Source of the DNA: Octopus vulgaris
Lineage: Eukaryota
Reading direction: 5' to 3'
Assembly: GCA_951406725.2 (NCBI GenBank)
Contig: OX597823.1
Span: forward strand, 111,972,001 to 112,036,000
Length of the DNA stretch: 64,000 nt
The position numbers were made by a program, and so were the translations under genes. Positions 41,799-55,547 of this stretch are shown here, piece after piece (within the stretch, counting starts at the first letter, position 1; every line of letters starts with the position of its first letter). The notes under the pieces are model-generated. The model saw only the letters and a program-made list of their open reading frames with translations, had not been told where the DNA came from and searched no databases.

Positions 41799-42164
41799 CC
41801 TTTGCTTTCTTCTTTCTAATTTGTGTGCCTCTCCTTACTAACGGTCAGCCGTTTTGTATTTTGTATTCCTATTGTATGTGTCTTCATTTGCGCATGTGTA
41901 TACCTCTATGTGTGTCTATATTTAGTTAGTGTGTGTGATGGGGGGGATATTTCCTGTAGAATTTCGTGCTAATCGGGTCCCACAAGGTATTTCAATGAAA
42001 TTAATTGGTATCGTGATTGACTGTTAGTTTGATAAGTCAATCATTGCGTATTTCTGGCTGATCCTTCATATTTCTTTTCACAATTATTATTCCCTGTGTT
42101 GAATTCATTTACATGATGATGCTTTTACTTAATTTATTTTTCTTTTCAACAATCTCAAAATATT

Positions 42165-42935
42165 CCTTTCTAATCTAGGCACAAGGCCCGGAATTTTCGA
42201 GGAGAGGGTCAATCGATTAGATCGGCCCCAGTACGCAACTGGTACTTAATTTATCGACCCTGAAAGGATGAAAGGCAAAGTCGACCGCGGCAGAAATTGA
42301 ACTCAGAATGTAAAGACAGACGAAGTGCCGCTATGCATTTCGCCCGGCGTGCTATAACATTTCTCGCCGCCTTACAATCTCAAAATATTGTAATATATCA
42401 TTTTAACTTCTGTAACGTTTACACAACTTTGGTTCATCTTTACAAGGCATGGCATAGGACACTTACCGATTGACTTCAGTATTTGTTTTTAGTAGGCGAT
42501 GAGTAGGCAGAAACGTTAGCACGCCGGACAATGTCGATATAATCGACTTAATCCGTTTGTCTGTCCTTGTTTGTCCTCTCTATGTTTAGCCCCTTGTGGG
42601 TAGTAAAGAAATAGGTATTTCGTCAGTCTTTACGTTCTGAGTTCAAATTCCGCCGAGGTCGAATTTGCCTTTCATCCTTTCGGGGTCGATAAATTAAGTA
42701 TCAGTTGCATACTGGGGTCGATTTAATCGACTGGCCCCCTCCCGCAAAGGCCAGCATATTCGATGGAGGAGATAAGTTGATTACATCAATCCGAATGTTT
42801 AACTGGTTTTTATTTTATCAGCCCCGAAAGGAGGAAAGGCAAAGTCAATCTCGGCGAAATTAGAACTCAGAACGCAGAATGAACGAAAAGCCACTAAGCA
42901 TTTTGCTTACTACGCTAACGATTCTGCCAGCTTGC
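42165..42935. mobile_element. Cluster of three or four SINE A copies (-, +, -)
   Basis: Family A motifs at about 42165-42372, 42494-42740 and 42745-42935. Confidence 0.8.
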
Positions 42936-43049
42936 CAGCTTGCCACCTTGGCCTACCTAAACACTACTATCAAAAAGCCATTTTATATATTCTCTTTAAT
43001 TCTCACCACACTGACTTTGTGTACGTGGCGATGTGGACATGTTTTTTTT

Positions 43050-43345
43050 TGTTGTTGTTGTTTGTTTGTTCCTTCTCGAGCCTGGCTCATAAGGACCGGT
43101 TTCCCGGCTTCTTGGCGTATAGCTTCCCCATCTGGACGGGATGCCGGTCCATCGCAAGTGATGCTGCAAGATGCAGGAGGAAAGAGTGAGAGAAGGTTGT
43201 GGCGAAAGAGTCAGCAGAAGTTTCGCCATTACCTTCTGCCGGAGACGCGTGGAGCTTAGGTGTTTCGCTCATAAACACACACATCGTCCGGTCTGAGATT
43301 CGAATCCGCGAGTCCGCTGCTCTAACCAATAGTCCACGTGCCTCG
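43050..43345 (-). mobile_element. SINE family C variant
   Basis: Shares cgtggagcttaggtgtttcgctc and ccgcgagtccgctgc with family C. Confidence 0.75.
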
Positions 43346-44183
43346 ACGTGGACATGTTCTGCATCCACGAAACTTAAAGTAATGAAGAGCTGAGTCAAAC
43401 TAAACTTAAACCACCAACAAAATTATATTGTGTGATTTTGCTTTCGTTTGTTCACTCACGTATACACATACACACACACACACACACACATATGGGGAAA
43501 AAGAAGGACAGATAGAAAAACATATTTATATCTAGTAAAATAAGTATTTAAATACCAACATATATCCATTTACATAGCAAATACATATACGTCCACCTAT
43601 ATCGCATAGACACACTCTGGCTGACATCCCCACATTCATATTAATATATACGCATAAAAATTACCACACATAAACCAAAGAAAAACATCTACTGCTACAG
43701 CAGCAAGTGTTAGTACTAGCTCCTACACTATTATCATTACTACCAACACATCTTCAACTGCTCATATAGAAAGCAAAAGAGAAGTTTTGAGAGATAAAAT
43801 GAATTAGCCAAGTTATTATATGAGAAGAGTTGAAGACAACGTATGATTAGTGTACATGAGTAGATCGTCAATATCATGTTGTGTTATATATCTTACACTG
43901 TATGATGGTAGCATATAACTTACAAGCTATGAGAGAATCATAACTCACACAACGATGACAAAATTGTATTTAAACATCATTTCAATAACTCAGTCAATAG
44001 CATGACCATTCTCCATTTGTGGAGATCATTTATTCATGGAGAGATGATGTATGTGTGTCTCTATGTGTATGTATATATGAGTATATAAGTGTATATATAT
44101 ATATATATTCTCCCTCTGTGTGTGAGTGTGTGTGTGCACCACATTAACAGAGGAAGAGAGAAAAATACATAGGATATAGATAC

Positions 44184-44242
<59 letters not shown>

Positions 44243-44382
44243 GTTAAGGACCTTGCTTCTCAACAATGTCACTTCAGGTTCAGTTCATCCGTGAGGCTCC
44301 CTCAGCAAACATTTTCTACTATAGCCTCAGGTCAATGATAGTCTTGTGAGGGGATCTGTTTCCAGAAACTGAAAGAAGCCCA

Positions 44383-44432
<50 letters not shown>

Positions 44433-44495
44433 ATATATATATATGTGTGTGTGTGTGTGTACTTTATTTAAAAGCAGCAGAAATATAACAAAAGG

Positions 44496-44531
44496 TGTTA
44501 CTCAGAGTTTCACGTTCCCGTTCGTCGGACA
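44496..44531 (-). ncRNA. Minimal hammerhead, CCGACGA core (same family as 8172)
   Basis: tgt|ccgacga|acg ggaa cgt|gaa|actc t gagt|a|aca. Confidence 0.7.
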
Positions 44532-44556
44532 GTTTTGTTAAAAACTATACCATAAC

Positions 44557-44591
<35 letters not shown>

Positions 44592-44650
44592 GTACCGTTG
44601 GCGATTTTTTTCCTCTGTCTTCCCTTCTCTGGATTTTTCCTTCTCCTAAA

Positions 44651-44683
44651 TTTCCGACGAAGAGCTCCGCTCGAAACGTTAAA
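44651..44683 (+). ncRNA. Minimal hammerhead, CCGACGA core with palindromic stem III
   Basis: ttt|ccgacga|a gagc tcc gctc|gaa|acgt|t|aaa, inside a TA-flanked element at about 44593-44777. Confidence 0.65.
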
Positions 44684-45127
44684 CCCTCCTTGTTTCCTGA
44701 GCGTCCAATAATACTATATTTGTTCCACGTCCTCGCGTTGTTGTGTTTTTTTGTGCCTTTTTGTTTGGATTAACTTTATATATATATAAAAGGAACATAG
44801 TCTTTAACTATGTACATATATATACGCATACATAGCATTATGTATTCCGTGTTCTCTCAAGAAATTATATGCTGGTAGAATACTGAGCGTGTGCATGTAT
44901 TACATCCAATTTAAACCATACATCCGACTCTGTGGTTGGTTCTTGGTGTAGGGTTTGTATCAAAAGTAAACACAAAAGACGTTTCAAATTTACGACAGCT
45001 GTTCCAGTAGAGTTTTATTAATGCATTCATAAAAGATTACATCATCATATATAATCCACCATCATGAAATAAAATTCTAAACTATTAAGACTTTAAACTG
45101 GTGAGATTCTTTTACATCAACCCGGAT

Positions 45128-45809
45128 GCGAAATTGTTTTCCCACGAGAGTTCTGGACCCCAGTTTTCAACTCATTTGCATACAGCCAATTTGCATACAG
45201 CTCAACTATCAAATTAGTGTCCACCTAGTCACGAAAATACTCTGGTTGAGTTCAGTGGAAAATGTGCGTTGTAGCAAAATCTAATTGTCCTAAACGGGTT
45301 AATAGGAGTGACAAATGTGAAATTTAGTGTATAAAGTGAATGGAGAGCTGCTCACCGAGATGATGCCATAAGTGTTGCCAATTTGCGTAATTTACTAGAA
45401 AATGTAAATGAGAGTAGTTTCCTAATTTTTTTACTGATTTTGTACATTCCTAATTTAAAATGTTGGTGTTGATCTGGACACATCGTAATCAATATGGCGA
45501 TTTGTCGTATTGCACCCTCATAGCATATATCAATGGGTTCATGCAGTATCACTAATCTCAGTCTGAACATAGGGACCTAATGTTAGCTCCATATAGAAAT
45601 GGTGTTCAATTGATCTATGAAGATTGTGGAGGCGGGATGTGGTGCTTATGTGAAACCTGCTATGTTGTACTCACTGAGTGGCATACACCATTCCATGCCT
45701 TACTGGCTGTACTGTAGCAGTACATGTGGATTTTCAAGGTGAGCTTTGATTGGCTGTATGCAAATGGATTCATTACTGGGGTCCGGAACTCTCGTGGGAA
45801 AAAATTCGC
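45128..45809. mobile_element. MITE-like element with terminal inverted repeats of about 60 bp
   Basis: ttttcccacgagagttctggaccccagt..tttgcatacagccaat versus attggctgtatgcaaat..actggggtccggaactctcgtgggaaaa. Confidence 0.65.
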
Positions 45810-46522
45810 GATTCAGACAAATCTAAAATTACTTTGGACTAGTGGTTCATTTAAATTTAGCATTCGAATATATAAAGGAGAATTAGGTGTTGCTTAAAAC
45901 AGAAATAAAAAAAGCAAAGGGACCATATAATTATACTCTCTAAATTCACTTATCTAAATTAATTTCTTTCGAAATAATGCAAGAACCAACAGACATTATA
46001 ATCATAGTTGGAATTAAAAATGTCATCAAAACTCTAGTAGATATTTCTTCAGTCAAAGGAGACAAGTTAAGGGTTTCCAGCCAACAAAAAACATAAAATT
46101 TGTCATCAGCTTTAAGATTATCCTATCCATATGTATGACAGATACAGATACACCCACATACACACATGCACATCCACACCCACATATATATGTATATATC
46201 CATTTTCATGCACAATACATGTCATCGTTATCGAGATTATCATCATTTAACGTCCGTTGTCTATGCTGGCATGAGTTGGACGGCTTGACCAGAGCCGGGG
46301 AACTGGGAAGCTGTGGAGCTGCACTAGATATCAGTCCGATTTGGCACGGTTTCTACACCTTAATGCCCTTCCTAACGCCAACCACTTTCCAGAGTGTACC
46401 AGGTGCTTTTGTGTGGCACTGCATGAGCCCTTCTACATGACATCGCCATGAGTGCTTTATACCACCAGAAGGGCTGGTCTTAACAATTCTGTTGCAGAAT
46501 GTGTGTGTGTGTGTATGTGCGT

Positions 46523-46898
46523 AATTCAATCGTCACTAAGTGTAACTAAGTGTGCCGACGTACCTAAATTGCTAGAAGTAAGAGTTTAAATACTCTTAAT
46601 ACCGTAGGAAGATCGCAGATGCATATATGCTGGCAGAGGAGGCAACCGTCTCATGCCGACTCGAAAATCCTCAGTCTAGCTATCTAGTTTCGTCTTTTCC
46701 CTAGACATCGTGAGTGAGGACTGCTTGAATGGAACATGTTCGGCTAGTTCTGCCTGTCAGCATATATTTACCATAAAAATTTATGATTTAGAGAAATCCT
46801 AATGCATATACAAAATATTAGTTAAGAGTTTCTTAACTCTTATTTCTAGCAATGTAAGTGCGTCGGCACCCTTAGTCACACTTAGTGACTATTGAATT
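46523..46898. mobile_element. MITE-like element with terminal inverted repeats of about 75 bp
   Basis: aattcaatcgtcactaagtgtaactaagtgtgccgacg versus cgtcggcacccttagtcacacttagtgactattgaatt. Confidence 0.7.
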
Positions 46899-48942
46899 TT
46901 TTCCTTTATGTTATCACATTGTGTCTAGCTGTTTATATTAATTTTTAATAAACACATTAGCATTCTTGTTAAAATGCCCACTCGGTATAACAATATAGTT
47001 GTCAGACCAGTAAAGACACAACTCAGACCGTCTACTTCGTACTCTCTCTTTATACTGACCGACGTCACCTTATTTATAGCGACTATCACATACCACACGT
47101 CACATTGGAGGGTTGTACCATTATTACTATTATCCCAACAACATCTCCTCTTTCAAGTTTTTCTTTTTTTCTTAGGGAGTATCATTTTATTTTATTTTTT
47201 AATAGCAATACTTCTTATATCGCCCCACCTTCCGTTTTTTAGATTTTTTCTTAGTTGCATATTTAATATTTTTCCTTTTGGCATCCACTTCCAGGAACTC
47301 CGTACATTTTCTTTTTCTTACGCTTGTGCACCTAGGTTCAATCACCAGTAGTGGCGTGGGTACTTGAAAAGTATCATGTAATCATTCTATTCGTTCTTCC
47401 ATTCTTTTGGGTTCGCTCTCAACGAATCTTCTTTTCAGTTGGATCATGTGTCTTTTGTATATGCCTTTTCTACTTTTTACCAAATATAGCATTTTTCCTA
47501 TGCCTTTTGGTAATCACGCCATCTTCCCAACTCTGTTCTCCATTCTTATATGTCCTCACAAACACATTTACACTGATTTTCTTTCCCCTGCTCGACAGCA
47601 ATTTGTCAAAGACTGATTTTATTTTCCTCGCAAACATCAGCTCCGCTGGTGGCATACCTGCTGGTGTATTTGGATTTCGTGTCACAAGGTATACTCTTAG
47701 GAACTGTTGCAGAGCTACCTCATCCGAGACTTCCTTATTCGACTTTCATTGAGGTCTCTTGAACGCATCGACAAAACATTCTGCTTGTCCATTAGATCTG
47801 GGATAGTATGGCACTGTGGTTATATGTTCAGCAGCGAACGTTTTACAGAACTTCTTAGATTCAAAAGGCTGAAATTGCGTTCCATTGTCAGACACTATCG
47901 CGTCTAGGATGCCAAATCTCGCAAAAGAACTCATGTAAAAAAATTTGTCACAGTTGAGGAGTTTGGTTTTTTACACTTACAAATTCCTGGCCATTAAAAG
48001 AAACTAGCAGCTGCCACTAAGTAGTATGAACCGTTTAAGGGACCAAGGAGGCCCTGACATTATGTATATTGGGAATGAAAATTTGATTATAATTTACTAA
48101 ACCCAAGCATGCTTGTAGCATAGTCACATTATTCGGCGTGGGCATATTATTTTATCACAGTTGTTCCGGATGGATCCGGTTTACATCCGTTTTTATCTGT
48201 TATCTGGCCCACGTATTTAATATTTTTCATTAAGAATTCGCATTTTTCTTCCATTAACTTGAAACCATATTCTCTCATCTTCTCAAATGCCCTTTTAACA
48301 TGTTCTACATTTTGTTCATGTAATTCGCTTTTTATTGGAATATCATTTAAATAGGTGACAGCAAAATTACAGTCGCCTGGCTTTGTATCTATTACTTGCT
48401 GAAATATGGAAGGCACACATTTTACCGAAGAGAAGCCACTTAAATTTAAATACGCTACGTTGTGTATCGGTGGTTGATAAATGTGAGCATTCTTCTACTT
48501 GGATTTGTAGATACGCCTCCGAGAGGTCTAATTTTGAGAAGAATTTCTCTCCATTCAATTTTGAAAACACTTCCTCAGGACTTGGCAGTGCGTAGTTATG
48601 TGGGGTTAAGCAATCATTCGAATCTGTTGAAAAATCTGCACAAACTCTTAATTTGTTGCTTTTCTTTTTTTAAATAAACCATAGCTGCTACCCAGTCTTA
48701 GCGGTCTCTTCTCGGTTATTCCTAGGTTGTAAAGTCTTTCAAATTCTTTATTTACCTGGTCTATTGCCGCGGATGGTACATTCCATTTTGGCTGAAATAC
48801 AGATGTTGCACTTTGTTTTACTGCAATTTTTACCGTTGTCTTCATGCCACAGCCCAGTTCCTCCGAGAAAACATCTGGAAATAAATGCTTTGCTTTTCGT
48901 TTCAGTCCCTCGGCTGCATTCGAACTTTTCACTGAACCACAC

Positions 48943-49335
48943 CAGTGCCGGATTAACCATTAAGCAAAATAAGCACGTGCTTATGGTATCAAGGGAAGGA
49001 GGTGGTAAATGGTTTAAGGTACAAAAGAAATCACTTTAAACTTGCTAAAATAATATTCGGGATGCCTTTATCCCTTCTAAGTATAGATGCAGATGTGTTA
49101 CCTAAGATTGATTTTGAGGATCTGATCAAAGACTTCGCAATTCAAAAAAGTTATAGGAAACTTTTCAAATATAAATTAAGTGGAAGGAGACAAAAATAGA
49201 CATTAATTTCCCTCTTACTGTTTTGTTTATTTTTGAAAAATAAAAATTTATTTTATGGTTTGTTATTGTTTATATTTATGGGGCACCAAAGTCTTTTAAG
49301 TGCTTAGGGCCTCAGTGTGTCTTAATCTGTCCCTG
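48943..49335 (+). mobile_element. Internally deleted hAT element nested in the Gypsy pol
   Basis: TIRs cagtgccggattaa / ttaatctgtccctg; imperfect 8-bp TSD aaccacac/tcccacac; LSLLSIDADVL..IDFEDLIKDFA resembles the hAT C-terminal dimerisation domain. Confidence 0.8.
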
Positions 49336-49662
49336 TCCCACACAAAACACTTATGGGTGTATTCTACAGTTTGAATAGTTCCATATGTGCCAAATAGATT
49401 AACTGAGTTTTTTTTTAGCACATCTACATTTACCGTTTTCATTTGGTCTCGAGCTGTTACATTACACGCAAACTCACTGACAAAATACAATCTTTTACCT
49501 GTAACACCATCTGCTACCTTTGTAGATCCACTTAATTTCAGCTTACCGATATACTTGTAAGTTTCTTCGGCCACAGTGTCATACTGCATTTTTACTCTTA
49601 TATTTTTAATTTTCACATTTACGAGTTTTCTCTTTGCTAAATTACCATTTTCCTTTGACGAC

Positions 49663-50070
49663 ATACTCTTTTACTCTTTTACTTGTTTCAGTCATTTGAC
49701 TGTGGCCATGCTGGAGCACCGCCTTTCAATCGAGCAACTCGACCCCGGGACTTATTCTTTTGTAAGCCCAGTACTTATTCTATCGGTCTCTTTTGCCGAA
49801 CCGCTAAGTAACGGGGACATAAACACACCAGCATCGGTTGTCAAGCAATGCTAGGGGGACAAACACAGACACACAAACACACGCATATATATATATACAT
49901 ATATACGACGGGCTTCTTTCAGTTTCCGTCTACCAAATCCACTCACAAGGCGTTGGTCGGCCCGAGGCTATAGTAGAAGACACTAGCCCAAGGTGCCACG
50001 CAGTGGGACTGAACCCGGAACCATGTGGTTGGTAAACAAGCTACTTACCACACAGCCACTCCTGCACCTA
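49663..50070 (-). mobile_element. SINE family B nested in the Gypsy element
   Basis: Near-identical to 17060-17459. Confidence 0.9.
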
Positions 50071-51479
50071 TACTGTTTATTCTTTTTTCTTTGTTCCAAC
50101 GTTTTGTCATCTGGGTTTTACAGTGCACTTTTACATGTCCAATTTTTCCACAACGGGAGCATTCCGCTATCTTAAATGGACAATTTTTCCTCAAGTGCAG
50201 ACCTCCACATGCAAAACATAGTTTTTTAAATACTTTTTATCCTGTTTGTACTGTATTTTAGTACACACTTGATTTCTATTCTGCTTGTTTCGCACTTGTT
50301 TCACTGAAGAGCAATCTTTATGTTCAATTCTTTCTGTATCATGTCTAAAATTTACTATTCTTTCACACTCTTCAGACACTTGTTGTAAGGTTACAGCTTG
50401 GTTTTTCCAGCTTAGCGAAAATTCTTGTTCTTACTTTTGCATCTTTCTCTGCCGTTAGTTCCTGAGTAAATATCAGGGACTTGAACATATCTAGCGTTAA
50501 TTCGTCTGGCTTGAACTTTTCACATTCCTTGTTAACTCTACCAGCAAATGTGATGTAGTCCTCGTCATTATTCCTTTTTGGGTTCAAACATTTCCAACAT
50601 GTATTGAACAACAAGCTTTACGCCCTAAAAATTTTACACAATATGTCTATTTTCAGAAGGTTTTTTGGGGAATACGTAATTGCTGTAATGCTCATGTTCT
50701 CCTGCTGACAGTTTTCCTAAGATGAAACGCATTTTCATCTCGTCGTCCCAATCTTTGCACTCTTTATTGAAGATTTGTTTGTGTCTCCTATTGTAAGCTT
50801 CAAAGGTAACTCCTCCGTCTGGTTCGAACTTAAAAACTGTTAGTGAGTTCGCAACATAACCTGGCAAGAACATTTATTCAGCATTTCCTGACGACTTACC
50901 ATTCATTAATTGCAGCATTTGTTGCTGTAATATTAATAGTAATTGCTGTTTTGCAGTTGTAGCTGCTACTGCTGTTTTTCTTTCAGTTGTTGCTGTTGTT
51001 GTTGTTGTTTCCGTTGCTGTTGCCTCTACTGTTGTAGCTGCTGCTGTTGTTCTTTCAGTTGCTGTTGTTGCTGCTTTAGCAACTCGAGCAAACCAGCCAA
51101 CAAATTTTCCATAATTTTACAATTTTTTCCCCTAGAATTCACCCACAAAGCAATTTTGTGCATTTCGTAACTCCTTGTGAGTTTCTTAATTCCTTGTCGC
51201 CACTGTTGTAATCCTCAATATCGGACTGTTATAATACCCACTCAGTATAGCAGTATAGTTGTTAGACCACTAAAGATACGACTAAGATCATTTACTTCGT
51301 ACTTTTTCGTTATACGGACCGACGTCACTTATTTATAACGACTACCACATACCACTCACCACGTGGGAAGGTGTGCCATTATTACTATTATCACCACAAC
51401 AATTCTGCTAAATAATTTTTCCTTACTGTTTTCTATTCAGTCTGCACTATCATTTTTTTTATTACAATTGTCCATAGAC

Positions 51480-52000
51480 AAATATGGATGCTTATAGATG
51501 ACGTGGGTCAGTCATGGACGACTACAGATGACTGTAGAAGACTATGGATGAAAAATACATAATTGTAGATGAGTATGGATGACTACAGATGATTATAGAC
51601 AGCTATGGATGACAATGAATATAGATGACTATGGGTAACTATAGGTAGCTCTGGATGACTAAGTATGATAGTATATGACTATGGATAACTATGGATAATT
51701 ATGTATGACTACACATATATATGATCACAAATCACTGTGGATGACTAAGCTTGGTTATAGATTTTGGAAGATTATAAAACATTATAGATGAATTTGGGTA
51801 TCTGTAGCTGACTATAGATACTTATGAAGCACTACAGATCACTTTGGAGGAATATAGATAGTTAAAGAGGTTATGGGTGAGTATGAATCATTAAAAGTAC
51901 TATTGATAATTATAGATGATTGTAGTTATTTATGAATGAGAGTAGATAAATCTACATGTGATTGCAGATGCTTATAAATGGCTAGGATGAGTCTATAGAT
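51480..52000. repeat. Degenerate 10-bp minisatellite, consensus about actatggatg
   Basis: Recurrent actatggatg/actatagatg/attatagatg at about 10-bp period. Confidence 0.8.
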
Positions 52001-52019
52001 AATTGTTGATAAGTATACA

Positions 52020-52075
<56 letters not shown>

Positions 52076-52436
52076 ACTGTACTTGTACTATCATTTAGTC
52101 GAGATGAATTCATCAGTTGATACCAATACAAAACAGTGACTCTATATTCTACTGTGATATCTTTTTTAAGCTCTAGTACAATGAGTGTATACGTGAGTAA
52201 ATGTAATTGTCTGTACACACACACACGTGTGTATGTGTGCAGATACAACACTTCAATAATTTTGTTCATGTGAGTGCATAAAAGTCTTAGTGATACATTG
52301 TGCTGAGCTTTATCTCAGTTTGTTGACATACTTTTGTATATACGAGTGTATATTTGTGTGTGCATACATGCAAATTTGTGTAAATACATTTGTATATATT
52401 GATACAACCATCCATATACATACATGTATGTATATA

Positions 52437-52488
<52 letters not shown>

Positions 52489-52527
52489 CATATATATATA
52501 CATATATATACATATATATATATACAT

Positions 52528-52573
<46 letters not shown>

Positions 52574-53529
52574 ATATCATCATCATCAGCATCATGTGTG
52601 TATACATGATAATAATTATTATTATTAATGAGATAGAGAGAGAGAGTGAGAGAGAGAGAGAGAGAAACATATCACAATGTACATCTGTACGTATGCCATT
52701 CCACTCTATATGTTGGATAATTAAGATGCTGAATATTAGTCTGTTGTTGTTGCAATTGTTGTTGGTGTTATTTCTTGCACTTGGTGCTATTGCTATGTTC
52801 TACTTGTTCCTGGTTGTTGATATTTGTCTATTGGAATTGAGGTGAGGAATTTCTCGGTAGCAGTGTGGAGGAGGTTCCCATGAGACTGGATGGTCATATT
52901 GGGAGATTGTATTAGATTAAGAATTTTTTAATGTATATATATGAAAACAGAAATGTGCACACACACACACACATAAATGTACCTATATATATAGATATGT
53001 TTACATATAAAAATGGATATATAAATGTATATGTGTATCTATATTTGCACATGCACATACGTATGTGTGTGTGCATGCCTGTGTGTTTGTGTGTGTGTGT
53101 GTGTGTGCTTGTGTGTGTGTGTGTGTGTATGTAAGAGCTGGACTCATGTTTAAAGGTTTGGAGATAAAAAATATCATTTAGATATTTTAGAAGTTGTTTA
53201 GCTTCTAAATCAACTTCCATATCATTTGTTAGTTTTATAAGTAGAACCAGATTTTGGTGACTGCTCTGAATCGAAGACAACTCAACCATGAAGGGCAGGA
53301 GCAGCCTCCTTTGCTTTTTGTTAAAAGTTCCAGTGTGACGTCCACAGAATAGCTTCCTGTATCTGTGGTTAGTGAATTTATGCTTCTCCATTAAATTTTG
53401 AAAAGTAGATTTTTGCTATGGTCAATTAAATACTTAACAAGGGTGAAAGCCACTGTTATTATATCTTTGTTGTGGATTGAGATAAGGGTATACCAAATCT
53501 TATGTTCGTATGAGCTCACTTCTGAAGTA

Positions 53530-54015
53530 CAATTAAGGAGGCTTCACCCATTGCCATGCCCCTGTAGTACTAGCCGCCTTCCATGCTATGCTGCCCTTAA
53601 TGAAATCATAAACTGTGGCCTAGACACTGCAGCTTTCCCTTCTCAGCTCAAGCCAGCGGGGATATACCAGGAAACAGTAGGCCTGACACTATGACAATTT
53701 TCCTGTTCTGTGGTGGTAGGCCCCTCATCTGGGATGCCACATACTGTAACTCCTTCTCCTGCAGCAACTTGATGTGTTCAGCTACTAAGCCCAGGCTTCA
53801 CTGCTCATCAGGTTGAGAAGAGCAAACTGTCAAAGTATAAGTCATTCTCGGACAGACTTACGGTTGAGCCTGTGACAATGGAGGCCTCCGGTATTCTCAG
53901 CCCCTGGACCATAATAACTACTTACCACTATCAGGGTAGAGATGGCTATCTGCAAGTGAGAGCCATGTGAGTCACAATGGCTGTCCTATTGCCTCTTCCT
54001 CACCATTCTCTAAGG
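53530..54015 (+). mobile_element. CRE-like non-LTR retrotransposon 3' remnant (zinc knuckle and RLE), resuming at 54794
   Basis: LHPLPC..RLPCYAALNEII..LDTAAFPSQLKPAG, RPDTMT, GRPLIWDAT; IL*GNTLSI is restored when the hAT insertion is removed. Confidence 0.7.
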
Positions 54016-54785
54016 CATAGCTTCTTAAAGTAGGTGCTACCACCCCCTGGTGGGCGTTGAGACAGTCTGGCTGGCACTGGTGTCTAAGGGGGCAGTGTGG
54101 GTGGGTGGTAGAGAAAAAGGAGGCGTTGGATGGAAAGCAGTGAATTGGGGGACGCTATGAATTTATTATAATAATATTATAGTATTGTATACAAATTATA
54201 TAATACTATATTATACTAATCTATATATATAAAACTGAAGTTGTGTGGTGTCTGTCTCCTACGATTTAGATTCCTAACTACTCCCACATTTTGCGGTGCA
54301 GTTTAATCAAAAGCGGGTATCTTATAGTCGTGATTCATATCAAGCCCTTCTGGGTATTAGCGCGCATCTACGATGAGTCTATGATTTAAAAAAAAAATTA
54401 CCATAATTTTTTTCCATTTTTAATGCATTTTTTTGCTATTATATAAGGGAAGTAACTCTCTAAAAATGTCTACGATGAGTCTACAATTTTAAAAAAATTT
54501 ACCATCATTTCTTTCCATTTTTAATGCATTTTTTGCTATTATATAAGGGAAGTAACTCTCTAAAAATGCTTATATATTTATTTCCCTTACAAACCCGAGC
54601 AACGCCGGGCGATACTGCTAGTTTATTATAATATTATTGTATACAAATTATATAATATTATATTAAATATCAAATGATTCATAGTATATATAAATTAGTA
54701 AAATATAAAATATTTATTTATACATAAAGACAAGGTATTATGTGGCCATCAGGTGAGGGTGGCCCAAAAAGTTTAAGAACTTCTG
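54016..54785. mobile_element. hAT/Charlie-like non-autonomous element
   Basis: Perfect 8-bp TSD ctctaagg at 54008-54015 and 54786-54793; termini catagcttcttaaa / tttaagaacttctg. Confidence 0.85.
54220..54621 (+). mobile_element. Non-autonomous Helitron
   Basis: A^TC 5' end; subterminal hairpin cccgagcaacgccggg; CTAG^T 3' end; internal tandem duplication of about 100 bp. Confidence 0.85.
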
Positions 54786-55547
54786 CTCTAAGGCAACACC
54801 TTGTCCATTTTTTCTCCTGGGGCCATGAAGCATTCTGAATAACATGAAATTGAGAGAATGTAAGAATTTCATAGCTTACTACCCATTGTTGGTCTTTATA
54901 TAATTAAGATTAAGGAGCTACTTTATCAAAGGTCTCTTTCCTAGAAGATGGCTTGGAGGGTTTCTAAATAGTTTTATGACCTCATTTTTAAATCTAAGGA
55001 GACATTTAAGAAATTTACCATTGTTAAGTTTGTTCCAATAGTGATTTTAGGATTGAACAGTCTGAATATTTGGATATTTTTCTTTGGTGTTTAGCATGTG
55101 TTCACTCGCAACTTTAGGTATCATTAGCCTATCATCTCTGTATAAGCCAAAGACGATAGAGATGAAATAGGTAGATTTGGAGTTGTGCTTAAGACTAGTG
55201 CAATTGAACATTGCTATATTAGTAGTACTTTTACTCCATTGATTTAGATTAGTAGTTTTCCTTACACTATTATTAATTTTTAATTGAATTTTCTTAGAAT
55301 TTCTCTACTTCAGATTTAGCTGGGTTTTTATCAACATACACTAAGAAATAGAACCAAATTTATTTTCATTGTTCTTGAAACATCTTGTATTTCGGTAGTG
55401 TCACTACCCTGTGATCCCTTAAAGCTCTGATACAGTCTTTCAAACTCTTACCGAGCAATTACATGTTTGGGCTATTGTCCACCTCATAGAAGTTTTAAGA
55501 CTAATAAAATCATAACAAAATAACATGTTAACAGATTATGTCTAACA

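Larger units (their letters stand above)
46967..51401 (-). mobile_element. Decayed Gypsy/Ty3 LTR retrotransposon
   Basis: LTRs at 46967-47143 and 51204-51401; TSD attct on both sides; PBS tggcgac; PPT gaaagaggaga; polyQ gag from ATG 51112; CxxCxxxxH knuckle at about 50120; RT (FFSKLDLSEAYLQI, YLNDI); integrase (IVSDNGTQF, PRSNGQAE). Confidence 0.92.

Noticed and set aside
51480-52000. Possible CRISPR-like array
   Set aside because: Contiguous degenerate 10-mers without unique spacers, in a eukaryotic context
53140-53391. Minus-strand ORF MEKHKFTNH...
   Set aside because: No recognisable motif or supported splice structure
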